Positions 1-11,638 of a DNA stretch of 64,000 bases are shown here, piece by piece (positions within the stretch are counted from its first letter, which is position 1; each line of letters starts with the position of its first letter). The stretch is from Cyanophora paradoxa CCMP329. Its lineage: Eukaryota; Plantae; Glaucophyta. The position numbers and the translations under genes were made by a program. The notes beneath the pieces are model-generated. The model did no database searches and had not been told where the DNA came from. It was given only the letters and a program-made list of their open reading frames with translations. The stretch covers positions 1 through 64,000 of the forward strand of contig QPMI01000399.1 of the NCBI GenBank assembly GCA_004431415.1, read 5' to 3'.

Positions 1-3000
1 CTTCTGGACGGGGACCCAGTGCTCCAGCCGGCACTCCGTCGCTACTAGGCTGCCGGCCTCGGCCTCAGCGGAGCGGACCCGGCCGATTTCCGGTACCGCA
101 TCCGTCTCGTGAATCGTTGCGAGGTCGTAGTAGCAGACGAAGTCTCCCGGTTGGTGAATTAACTTCCTTGCCCCGCCCGGAGCTGTACCATGGCCGAGGA
201 AGGGGTACCGGGCGGTTGCCGCATGGGGTATCGGAGGGCGCCCGAACCGCGCCCGTCGATCGTGAGGGCCTTGGCCACCGCCTTCCACCAGGCGGGCGCT
301 GCCAAGGGAGCGTGCCGCGGGGGCGCGGAGGTGCAGGTCTCGCCAGGTGCAGAGGCGTTCCCCATCGCGCGCCGTGACGTCGGACATCCAGTAGAGCCGT
401 GCGCGGTGGAGGGCGGGCGCAGCCGTGCTGAACACTTCCCGGGGAATGTGTGAGGTAAGCACGAATTCCCGGCGCAGTTCCGCGGGGTCGGGCCAAGTGG
501 CTGCGGGGGGGTACGGCGTGAACAAGAAGCGGGCGTGGTTGGACTGGATCCGGTAGAGCCGGCGCTGCAGGAGCGGCATCACTGCGGCGATCGCATTCGA
601 TCGAGCAAGCTGGCGTGACACTGGGGCGTTCAGGAACTCGGTCGGCAGCAGCGGGACGCCTAGCTTGCGCTGGAGGTCCGGATGCGGTGCATCATCACCT
701 GAGATAGCAGCTCTTCCGGCTCGCCACAGAGGCGGACGAGCAGATCCGTGATTTGGTTCTTGGCCATCATGTGCGCTGTGCGCGGCAGGCTGTACGTGCC
801 GTGGCTCCAGAGCGCGTAGTTGGAAGTCGATGCCGCCAGGCCCCCATGGTGCTTAACCACGCGCATCCAGATGGCATCTAGGCGATCGCACTGCCTCTCT
901 GTGAGCGGCGTCACTTTGAGCCCGTAGGCGATCCGCGCCTGCACGACGGCCTCGACAACGTAGCAGGCCTCTTGCGCGGTCAGCTGCTTACGAGCTATGA
1001 CCGCCACCGGTCTCGCGAGCCTGCGTTTCCATCTGTCTGATCTGCTCCTTCCACGACAGGTTCGCGGTCAGGTAGACGCCCGAGCAGCTTGAAATGCTCG
1101 CCCGGTTTCAGCTTCTTGCCGACCGGGACGCGGGGATTGCCGAGCAGCGGGGGTTCAGGCTCGGTGAGACGTTGTTGTACGCAAACTCTGTTTTCCGCGC
1201 GTTGACGGCGATGTCGTGCAGGCGGAAGAATTCAGACGCCACGTCCGCGAGCATCTGGATCCTTCGGCCGATCCGCTCATCCACTGCGTGTCGTCCGCGT
1301 AGGCGCTCCCGGTCACCCGTGCGGGGCGAAGTCCGCGTCGTCTTCGCCCATGCCATGACGTACGCGACCCCGCGCCCCTTTTCCTGCTCGAGCCTGTCCA
1401 ATTCTTGTTGAGCGCAGAGCAAGGCATCGTAGAAGATGAGCCAGTGGAGCGGGATTCGATGCCGCCCTGCGGGAGCCCACATTCGAGTTCAAACACGTCT
1501 GACAGTCCGTGGCCGCGTGATAGCTCGCGCCCGGCGTCGTTCGAATATGTTGCGGTGCAGGTCGATGTACGTCTCGGGGCCCGATGCGTCGGAGGGAGAG
1601 CTCCATGCTGGCCCAGGAAACTGAATCGTACGCCCGTCTGATATCCTGTAGCAAGAGGTAGATGGGCTTGCGGTGCTCCTTAGCGTCCTCTAGAATAGCG
1701 ACATTAGGTGAAGGGCATCATCGGTCGCCTTAGCCTTCCTGAAGCCATAATTTACCCCCTTAAGGATTCGTGCTTCTCGATGGCCTCGGCTAGCCGTTTC
1801 GTGACGAGGCCCGTCGTTAGCTTGAGGCCAACTTCCTGCAGCGTGATCGGGCGGAGGTTCCCTTCAATGTCTCCGTCCCAGCTCCCGTTCTTGGGGATCC
1901 CGAAGATATTGCTCTCACACATCTCGGCGGCAGGTCGCGCAGGCGGAGGGCCTCGCAGACGATGCCATCAGGAGCCGACGACCGCGGGGGGGTACGCCTC
2001 TGGATCCATGGCGTCCGGCAGGTCGGGGTTCCAGAGCGTCTTCAGGATCGCGTTCGTGCAGTTGGAGGGCCTCCCGCTCCATCCGTGAGCGAGCGCACGT
2101 GTGCCCTAGCTCTTCGTACGTAGGCTCAGCATGACTCCCGCGAAGGCTTCCGCGGTCGCACGTGCGTCCCGAGGGGGCGGTAGAGCGCGCGCCAGAAGTC
2201 GGGGGCAGGAAGGCTAGCTGGGAGTCGGGTATTAAGTCCGCTGTGCACCCTACCAGGGGTTTCTCTTCGCACACCACTGACGCCAGTGCTCCGCCATCAC
2301 TGCCTTCACCTCCTCGGGGCGTGTAAATTTCATAGAAGTTGCCTTCGCGCGCGAGGCGGGTGACGTGCATGATCGGCTCCCCCTGGACCGCTCCAGAATG
2401 GAGTCTAGATAGCTGCGCAGCTTGCGCGGGTCTGCAAACCGGGCCTGGCGCGCAGTAACGAATTCCTGGATCTGTCGCTGCTTCTCTGCGCGCGTCTCGT
2501 GTTGGTGGCGCCGGCGGACGCGGTTGCGCCATGCGTTCAGCGACCGGAAGTACAGCCGCCACGCTACGTAGCGCCCCGGGAACGGCGCCTCGTCGTCAGC
2601 GTCGCGTACGGGGCGGCGGGCATGGGTTCGGGTCCGGGGACGAGCCCTTTGATGAGAGCCTCCAGTTTCTCGATCCGGGCGACCAGCGGGGCCGACGGCA
2701 AGCCTCCGGGCGCTTCAACAGTCCATCCAGCGATCAGGCGCTCCACTTTCTTGGACATGACCAGCTGCCACGGCACCGCTCTGCGAGTGGGCGGGCGCGA
2801 TCCGCGGGCTTTCAAGCATTTGTGTTCCTTAGCGAGTGTCAGCACCGCCTCCGTGGCCTGTCGGTAGAGAGAGCTGACCCGGTCCCTGCGCTCTTGTTCC
2901 GTGCCCGCCGCGCCTAGCGCTTTCTCAAGATCGCTTTCCAGGGCTTGCAGACGGTCTTCTACAGCCTTTCGGAAGGCCGGCAGCTTCTCCTTCTCAAGTA

Positions 3001-5596
3001 GGTGCGGTGCGAAGAGCGGCGGCGGGTGCGCCGGGCGGGCATCGCCCGCGGGCGGTCTGGCGAGTTCGGCTTTGAGCAGATCGTAGTCGGCCATGACCGG
3101 GAAGTGGTCAGAGGGGTGCGGTAGCGCCACCTCTGGCGGCAGCGGGTGCACCGCCAGGAGCGCTGGCGCGAGACCTGCAGAGTGCAACACCGCATCGATA
3201 CGTCCTGCCGAGATGACCGCGGCGCCTTCGGCGACGGCGGGCCCGTCCATTTGCTGGTCCTGTTCCGAGTCCGAGTCGTCGGCGCCGTCGTCCCCGCCAT
3301 CCTCTTCGGCGCCGTGCTGGCTCGGGCCGCGCCTGATGAAGGTAACTTCGTGTTCGTGGCCTTTCTGTGTCGCCGCGTCAACTAGTGCCCAGGTGCCGGT
3401 CAGTTTTCCCCACCACTCGCGTTCCGGCGTCCAGGACTGGACGAACCGTCCCGCGCGGATGCGGGACGTGGCCGGCGTCTTCACGGAGTTCCAGTCGCCG
3501 AGAAGGATGAGGTGCGCGGTCGAGCGCGATCGGAAGTCCGCGTAGATGCGCTCGATGCATTCGAGGAGCGCCGCCTGATCGGTCTTGTGCTCAGGCTTCC
3601 GCTGGGTGGCCGGCATGTATACGCTCACTACGAAGAGCTGGCGGTTTCCCTTAAAGCGCATTTCACAGCCGGCAAGCCGGCCGGGTAGTGATAGTGGCGC
3701 GCGATGTGCCGCGCCCAGGGCGCCGCCACCCATAGCGCCGCTCCGTTTCCTTTCGGTTTTGTTTTCTTAATTGAGTGGATTAGGCGACCCCGCGTGATCG
3801 AGCTCTTGGGGGGCTCGCCGGGCTCCGCTGCCGGGGTGAAGAGCGCCGAGTGCAGTTCGGCGCGCGTGACTGAGAGCTCTTGGAGAGCCATCACGTCGAC
3901 CCCCATTTCACGGCGAAGTCTTCGGCCTGCTGAAGCCGGCCCTCGGACGTGCCCCGCACGTTAAAGGTCATCATCCTGAGATTCCCCTCCGGCTTGTGGC
4001 GCATGAGCGATGGGGGCGGGCCTATGAGGGGGCTCCTGAGGCGTAATGGGTGGTTGGGAAAAGGTCGCCAAACGAGATATGCCCCGGAGCGTTAGTGTTG
4101 ACGTCTACAGCGGCAGACACGTTAGGGGGGTCGGACAGCGTCTAGGGTTGGAGGATGTCTGTGCTCGGCGGGACGCGCGCAGCGGTCCGACTGATCAGCT
4201 AGTTGGTCACATCTGGCTGCCCAGAGATGCGCGTGCACGTGGTTCCAGGCGTGCGTGTGCCTAGCCGCCCCGGACCCGTCGCCTGTGCGCCGCATCGTCC
4301 AAGTCTCAAAAGTCTGCGGTCGGGAAGCCGTCAAATTACAGCTGACACGTACAGTAGCGGCCTCGCAGGAAAGGGGCGCTAAATGCGCGTCTGGGCGGGA
4401 AATGGGCGATGCGGCTTGCCCAGCCTCAGCGACTTGGCGCTTGGGGAGGAGGAGGAGGCGGGTCTGAGAGCGGGTCGGTAGAGAGCGGGTCGGCAGCGGG
4501 TGTATGGCGAGGCGTGGCCAGGGAGGCAGACGTAGCTCGGCAAGGAGATTGATTCAAGAGGGCGGTCCAGGGTGTGCGTGAGACGCGGTAACTGCTTGCA
4601 GTTACATCACCCAGGGACTCCCGGGCGATGTTGCCGCGTTGGCGGGGCGGTTTGGAGAGAGTGGCCGGCATACCTACGCAGACATCGCGGCGGACGCTAC
4701 CTAGGCTGTCGCGGCCTCTACTCTCGCACTGGTGATCGCGCACGCAGCGCTACGCTGCGAGCTAGGCGGGTTGGCAGGCGCCTTCCTGTTTTTTTCCCAC
4801 GGGGGGTATCCTCGTTGTCGTACCCCGGGTCCCAACTTGCCGACCGGCGACCGGCCGCGGTGACTGCGTCGGCTGGCCCTCGCGGCGGCAGACGGCCTTG
4901 CCAGATAATTGCAACTCCTGGCAGCACGGCGGCTTGGTGCGTCGGTTCTGGGCTTCGCCGCGCAGCCGGACTCCCTGACTCTGCGAACAGGCCGAGCAGC
5001 GGTGCTGTTGCCGCAGCGAACGCGGCCAGTTTGAGAGAGAACGATGCTTGAAGCCACCTCTTGCGCCTTGAGGCTCTCGCCCGGCTCGTGCTGGGTCTGA
5101 TTTCAAACGCAGACTGTCGCTGCCCCTGCTGCTGGGTTCGGCCGCGGCCGCGAACGCTCTCGAACGCGTCGTTTTCGACCTCCTTCCGCCCTTAATCTCT
5201 ACTCGTTGCCCGGCCGCCGCCGATCAGCTTATGTTGCTTTGACAGGCCCGCGCAGAAAGGCGAGGCCCCTGCCGATGCGAAGCAAGGTGTTTCTGGTTTC
5301 CTTCTGTTTCCTTCGATCGCTCATCCCGCTTGCATGTCAGGGAACACGCACGACCGAGCCCCGCGAGCACGGCCAAGTGGCGGCCGCGACTTGCTCGCTG
5401 GCACTCTTGGCGGCCGGGCGGGAAGCGGTCCCGCTGGTCAAGAAACCTCGCGGACGATGCTAACGCACGAGCCTCGCTAACACGGCGCGCTTCGCCCGGT
5501 TCCGGGTCCTGTCTCTTCCAACACTCGCAGCTCGCCTGGCTCCTTCTCGCGCAGGCTAGGTGCTCGTTCTTGTTTCCGCTACTCTCGCCTTGATCT
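1..5596 (-). mobile_element. Non-LTR retrotransposon family A, decayed copy (APE endonuclease + RT), runs off window start
   Basis: Frameshifted ORF pieces: EN (MALQEL, LILLGDWN, GRIDAVL, HPSDHFPV at 2564-3906), RT (LQDIRRAYDSVSW, GLPQGG, AYADD at 1100-1700), colinear with the 41617-49170 copy. 5' boundary inferred from 190-bp segment shared with 20144-20333. Confidence 0.9.
5407..5596 (-). repeat. 190-bp segment nearly identical to 20144-20333; probable shared 5' end/internal promoter of families A and B
   Basis: Direct comparison: ttggcggccgggcgggaagcggtccc...actctcgccttgatct at both loci with about 2 mismatches. Confidence 0.85.
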
Positions 5597-5625
5597 ATCC
5601 TCCCGCATAATTTCAAAACCTTTCT

Positions 5626-5750
5626 TAGAACGTAGAACCGTTCTATAGAACGTTCTATGGTTTTTGTTTGTTTTGAACTTTTAGAATGGTTTTGAACGTA
5701 GAGCGTGGAAGCTTAGATCCGTCGTAGAACGTGTAGAACGTTCTACGGTT
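5626..5750. repeat. Cluster of (T)AGAACGTTCT-like motifs (heat-shock-element-like, or transposon subterminal repeats)
   Basis: agaacgttct occurs twice exactly, plus several degenerate agaacg/agaacc copies; matches nGAAnnTTCn. Confidence 0.5.
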
Positions 5751-5901
5751 CTCCGCCGAACACGCCTACGGCCTGGCGGCGTTCTAGCTCCCTTCGCGCT
5801 CGCAAGCGGCCGCCGGGGCGCCTGCCAACGCTTGCCAACTCTAGCAGTACTGGCTCGCTAGCCACGGGGGCCAGATCCGCAGCTCGCGGCATCTGCGGAC
5901 G

Positions 5902-6476
5902 CTAGCAGCGTGCAGCGGCATCGTTAGCAGCTCGTTTGGCGTTAGGATACTCGTGGCCCTTCGGAAGTGCGCCGACAGCGCCGTTGTGGTTGCCGTGCTT
6001 CGCATCGAACTGATTCACCACGCGGTGCCACATCTCCAGGCCCTCCCGCGAGCCGATGATCGGAGTGAAGGCGACGATCTCCGATCGCGACGGCTGGTAG
6101 CGGTCAACGCCCGGGATCTGCGAGAGGATCTCGCTGGTGTAGTCCATCGGCGGCAGCCGCTCCGTGCACACGTCGTCGCCCATCAGGCGCTTGAGGAGGT
6201 CCTGCCACACGCTCGTCGAGTGTGCGCCGAGTATGTGCCAGTAGCGGGAGATCTGCGGCGGTGGTGCAGGTGAGAACGCTGGCGCGCGGCCCCCGCCCCG
6301 CGCGTAGGCCGGCCGCTCATCGCCCGACCCGGGAAGCTTAAGGCGATCCGCCACGCCGTGAGCGCCTCCTTCGAGAGAAGATCCATCGCGCGGACGTCGT
6401 GCTTGGTGAGGAACGGGTTCTCCAGCTGCCGCTCGTAGATGCGCAACTGATTCAGAATCCGCCACAGGCCAAACGT
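5902..6476 (-). pseudogene. C-terminal part of a RAG1/Transib/Chapaev-like DDE transposase, with a probable intron
   Basis: Spliced reading FPGR|ISRYWHILGAH ... IGSREGLEMWHRVVN resembles RAG1 YEGKITNYFHKTLAH ... WASEGNESGNK (zinc-binding HxxxxH and catalytic Glu); upstream part cut off by a family A 3' end at 6478. Confidence 0.6.
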
Positions 6477-6477
6477 A

Positions 6478-8905
6478 TGAATTCGCACACACCGAGACAA
6501 ATGGCTAGGGATATACCGTAAGACAGAATATTGATTCGCGCATAATATTAATTAGTTCGGTACCAAATTAGTGCGTTTTTTGCCGTGAAAACGCACTAAT
6601 TTGAGACCGCACTAATTATACAGAACGCTAAGAAAATGCTGTAGGGGTACAGTGTGTACCCCCGCCCCATACACTGGAAACGAATAATTAATATTATACA
6701 CGCATGCACTAATTTGAGACCGAACTAATTACGTATACTATGTCGGGGTCCGGGTCTAAAATTAAAACGAACTAATATCGGGCGGTTAGTTGAATTTTTG
6801 TTTTTGGACGTACCCCCCCGGCGAGCGACGCAGCGAGCCAGCGCCTAGCGCCGCGATTACGGCGCACCAGGGTAGCGGCGCCTCCGAAAGGGCCCCGCTG
6901 GAACCCCTGAAGCGCGCTGGAAAGCGGCCGGACGCCCCGGCTTCGAACTCGCCACCCAGCGCTCTCCCGCAGCGACAGCTTGGCAGAGCGGCAGGTCTAC
7001 TCGACCAGAGAACATCGCACGCTCGACCCCGACGACCCCGGCAACGCGCCGCGGGCGCCCGACGCCGCGCGTGTCCTCGCCACGCCTCCCGCCCCGAGCC
7101 CCTCGAAGCACATTCGACATCTAACACGATCCTTTTCGAGCTCAGGAACGTGATAACCCGCGCCGGCGGAGCGACTGACCCACATCGCCAGCTTGCAGCT
7201 GCATGCGCAGCCGCTGAGCTGCCAAGGCTGCATCCACAGCGCAAGCTGAGGCGCCTGCCGGACATCGAACACGCGCACACGGCCAGCACGCGCAGCTGCT
7301 TCATCTCGATCTGCTCATGAGGCCCGCGCGCGCCCACTCACTCCGACCCACTCTCTCATCCCGCGCGCGCGCGGCGCCTCGCCTCCGCCCCGTCCCGCCC
7401 GCCCAGCGGCCGGGCCATCCACGTCGCCTTCACCTCACACCGCGTGCGCACGGCCCGGCCGCCGCCACGCAGCGCCATGGAAGGCGCGCGGCCGGAACCT
7501 GCGGCCGGCCGCCGCCGCCGAGCGCCACCACGTCGACCCTCGAGCTCTCGATCTGACCTGACGGCTGGCCTGTGGCGCCCCACTGCTCGCGCGCCACGTC
7601 CTACGGTCCCCTGCAGTCGGATCCCAGCCCTTGCGTCCCTTGCCCTCGCCCGCGCTAGCCAGGAACTGATCCCCACCTCCTTTTTGCCCAGGGTCTCGCC
7701 CTTGGACTCGTCCTCGGTGAAGCGGGTGCCCCTCCGGCCAGCGCCCTGCCGCCGACGTCACGCCAGGCCGTCGCCGGCCTCCCGCCCCCCTCTTAAGGAC
7801 CCTTGCGCCATCATAGGCATAGACGCCCCCGCCCAAGTCGCGCCTGTATATGGCACCACGGCCCGGAAGCCTCACATCACCGCGCTGCATGCCCGGACCG
7901 ACGCGCCTTTTCCCCTCACAGGCTGGATCAGCGTCCGTCGGCCGGTGCCCCCGCCTGTCCCCCGGGCCTGGCAACCCCGGGGGGCGAGATCAAGCACAAT
8001 AGAGACTGCCTCCAGCGGGCGTGGCGCCCCCGTCTGGCTCGCGCGACAGCCCCTGGTCTATATTTCGGGCTATGCATGCTGAGCTCGATCTTCCCCGCCT
8101 GGCTCCCCGAGCTGCCCCCCCCCAGGCCTTTTCCTTTTCCCGTCGACGTCGAGCCCGATGCCCTTGGCTGCCTCTCTGCCCCGTGCACTCGCTCTCTCCC
8201 TGCCCTCCCCCGGACCGCCCCGGCCGGCGCCAGCCCTCTGGCCCTCTCTCCCATGGCCACGTGCACCTCGGCCCGCCCTCTTCGGCCTCGCCTCCCTCGT
8301 CGGCCCGCCCCGCCCCGACGCTCCCAGGAGCACCTTGACCGCCCTCGCCCCCTCTTCCCGGATCCCAGCCTCCCCCCCCCGGCCTCGGCCCTTAGTTACC
8401 CCAGAAGCACTTCTGTCGGCGCTTAGCGCCCTACCCCATCAGGCCCCGACCATCCCTCGAGCGGTGGGGGGCCCCCTGTTGTTACCAATACGCATTCCGT
8501 GGGGCCGCAGGCCTCACCCATACTGGAAAAAAACTAATATCGGGCGAATTAATATTGTGTTTTACGGTAACTGAGGTGTCCATCTCTGTCAAGTCGAGAG
8601 ATGAGCCTACGGGACTAAGCCTTTCGGACATCGGACGTCGACCGGGCGGAGCTCGGATGTGGAAATAACTGGAGAGGCTACCCGGGGCTAGGTCTAGCGC
8701 TGCAGTACAGGGGAGATCCTACGCAAGGAGGGAATGACTACCCAAGGACGATCGCGAGCAAGGTCTAAAAAACAAGTGGACGGCTAGACGACTGCAGCTG
8801 TGACTATACCTAGCAAGCTATGGCCTCCGGGAAGGCGCACGGTAACCTAAGCCAATCTGTACACGCTAAAGTACGGCCCGCCGTGTCGTCGGCACAGCAG
8901 GCTCG
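6478..8905 (-). mobile_element. 5'-truncated family A 3' UTR (6478-6515 and 8568-8905), split by a DNA transposon
   Basis: atgaattcgcacacaccgagacaaatggcta... resumes at ...actgaggtgtccatc...; colinear with 41619-41990. Confidence 0.85.
6516..8567. mobile_element. Non-autonomous Tc1/mariner (pogo/Tc2-like) TIR element, 2052 bp, TA target duplication
   Basis: TA|CCGTAAGACAGAATATTGATTCGC ... GCGAATTAATATTGTGTTTTACGG|TA; subterminal actaattt/aactaat repeats; removing it restores the interrupted LINE 3' UTR; no transposase recognised. Confidence 0.85.
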
Positions 8906-8908
8906 GGG

Positions 8909-9290
8909 TTTTTTTTTTGAAAAGCGGTAATCTAATTCAGAGCACAGTCCACAGAGCATGATCTAGTCTAAGTAACTATACTACGAGAGAGGTGTAGTGT
9001 AGTAGCTAAAGCTAGCTAGCTTGGTGGAGGTGTTGAATGTAGAAGGTCCCCGTGGTTGTTACGCCCTCCACTGCCGACCGCCTGCCGGATTCCTAGGGCG
9101 TGAAGCCGGACCTGGTTCTGCATCTCGCAGGGTCCTCCTCCTAGCAGGGGCCTTACTCCTCGGTGGAGGTGTAGGGCCTCCTTTTGTGGCATCCCAAGGG
9201 CTGTCCACTAAGGATTGGTCTTGGCCGTGGTTGGGGGCGCACGTAGCTCGTCTCCGACACTGGGTGCACTGAGCATATAGCGCAGACGTC
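8909..9290 (-). mobile_element. Poly(A)-tailed retroposed 3' fragment
   Basis: T10 at about 8909-8918 abuts the truncated family A UTR; the minus strand has a CxxC-containing ORF end followed by a pyrimidine-rich UTR. Confidence 0.45.
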
Positions 9291-9364
9291 GGCCGGAGAG
9301 TACTACGGTTTTAATGTCTTGAACGTATTTATTAGACTCTAGGTCTCATAGTGACTATGAATGC

Positions 9365-10687
9365 TTATAGTGACAGGTTCAGACCGAATGGGGCGACTCC
9401 CCCAATGTGGTATTGGATCAGGGCTTCGTGTATGAGTATCTGGTCCTGCGCGTTTTCCGGGCAGATTATGCCGGGTTCGCGGTTATCACGGTATGTGCGG
9501 AGCTTATGGAGGCGGGCATGACACCAGCACTGTGTATCTCGCCATTCGGGCGCATTCTGGAGACGTCGTTGGGGTCCAGCCGGTATGGTTGGCCCTGTCT
9601 CGGCTGCAAAATGCTGGGTCAAAAATGCTGCAAAATGCTGGGTCAAAATGCTGGGTCAGTGGAAGCATCCGAACTTTATGTCTTGCGCGTATGCGGGGCC
9701 AGGGTTGGAGGGCCCTGCCCCTCCAGACCGCGTGCTGATCTCCGCCAGCCTCTCATCAGATCTCCGCGGCTATTCGTGGAATGTAACGAGCACGTACGGT
9801 TCCTTCGGCTAAGTGCTCAAAGGAAGGCGCGGCTCCTCGCTTTCGGCCGTAGTCTCCGATGCAGGAGGGGCGGGATCCGCACCGGGGGGAGGGGGAGGGG
9901 ATCCGTAGTCTCCAATGCAGGTGAGGGGGGGGGGGGGGGGGAGGAGGCTGGGGGAGGGGGGGGGGGGGCCCGCGGGGGGTAGGCCTTGGAGCTGGGGGTG
10001 CCCCCTTCCGGGAAGCCTCGCCGTGAGCCCCTCGCCTCCAGTGCCCTCGGTCTCCGCAGGCTCCGTCTCCTCGCCCGACGTCGCCGCTCCCCCCTTCCGG
10101 CGCTAGGCCGCGGCGACCGCAGAGGCACCGATCCGCCCCGTGTTCCCGGCTGACTCAATCGCGTGAAGCTTCTCCTCCAGGGCGGCACTGCGGGTGAATA
10201 AGCCACGAAGCGGTGCGTGCCCACGAATGCCCAGGTATGCACGCACATTGAATGCTTCCGGAACTGTGTCAGCGTCTCGTCCTGCGGGTTCTTGTCGAAG
10301 ACCTCGGAAGCCGTCTCTGCTCGCGCCTGCTGCGCCTTGAGCGCCGGATCTGCAGCGCCCGCGGCTGCAATCGCCTCCTCGGAAGCCGTCTCTGCTCGCG
10401 CCTGCTGCGCCGGCGCGCGCGCGCGTGTCCACCGCTTTCGCATGCGCGTCATGCGTCTTCCCGCTGAAGACGCCCTCCGTGTCGCCGCCCGCCTTCAGCC
10501 ACTCAATATGAGCGTACGTGGTGGGCTTAAGCTTCTTCCTCCGTGTCTGCCCTGCTTCTTCGTCGTCCTCGTCCTCGTCCCTCGCGTTCCTGCGGGGCTT
10601 CTTGCGAGCGACCTGCGCATCCGTCGACCCCGCGCATCTGTTCTGGCGCTGTCCTGGCGCGTTGCCGCGGCTGCTAGCCTTCGGCAT
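9365..10687 (-). pseudogene. Decayed coding region, possibly N-terminal/central part of the RAG1/Transib-like transposase
   Basis: Same strand, upstream of the 5902-6476 piece across nested insertions; NLS-like RKKPRR/RRKKLK, acidic tract, DTQCWCHARLH (CxxH-type motif). Confidence 0.35.
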
Positions 10688-10889
10688 TGCTAGCTAAGCT
10701 GCCCGACCCTGGTGCTGATCGGCTCCTGCATTCCGCCTGCTAGTCGAGGGCCTCGAGGCTAGGTATGCGAGCCCGAATATTAATACGCGTACGGATCATC
10801 ATTCCTAGACCCCGCGCGCCAAGTCACGCTTTACACCCCCCAAAATAAGTTGGTGGCCTTCGGCCAAAAGTTCGGCGCAAGCCGTTGTG

Positions 10890-11070
10890 GCTTGAGCTAT
10901 GAGCTTAGGCTTGAGCCACGAAGCTTGATGGGCTCTTCGTTGAGCTTGAGCTAGAGCTCAACGAGCTTGAGCTAAAGCTTAACGAGCTCGAGCTATAGCT
11001 TAACGAGCTTGAGCTATAGCTCAACGAGCTTGTTCACGAGCTTGATCATCCAGCTGCGGCTTGAGCTTGT
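10890..11070. repeat. Minisatellite, about 21-bp unit aacgagcttgagctatagctt
   Basis: About 4 clear units plus degenerate flanks. Confidence 0.8.
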
Positions 11071-11638
11071 TAGTTCCGAGTTGAATTAGTTCCGAGTACC
11101 CCACCCTCGCGATCGATGTCCGCGCTCCTCTCCTGGCGCGTGGGGGCGACTTTGATGATGTTGCGCATCAACTACATCCTCATTGGACTCGCGAACATCG
11201 ATATCGGAGTCCCCCGCGCTTCTGTATTGAGCGTCGTGCTGAGCGACACATTCGCGATCAGATGGTTCTTAGTGATCATGCTGTTTTTGAAGCCGGAGTC
11301 GCATTTCGACGACGTATTTTCAAGTTTTGAGAAAATGGTCTGGAGATATGAATCTTCTCCACCTTTTTAGCGTCTTTGCGGGGCGTGCAATACGTTCCTT
11401 GTGCAGCGAGACGTACGAACAGAACTTTGTATGAGAGCCAGGAACTTAGAATCAATTAACGGCTTGCGCCGAAAACTTGTACTACGTGACTCGGATAGTC
11501 AGGCTATCTAGCTATAGGTGCTACAACGGTCTGACAACACGCCATGGGGGTACAGTCTTCCCTCAGGCCGCGAAAGACATACGTATACTAGTACAACGAA
11601 TTCTCGTCCACGGAGTCCGACATCCGATCGTGCCTAAA

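Noticed and set aside
6786-8574. Many overlapping 100-200 aa ORFs, here and antisense to the LINEs
   Set aside because: Arg/Pro/Ala/Gly-rich shadows expected in high-GC DNA, with no recognisable motifs
9500-9540. IS66 transposase (CWAHARR-like motif)
   Set aside because: Single short motif with no other IS66 features; a eukaryotic CxxH-type transposase is more plausible
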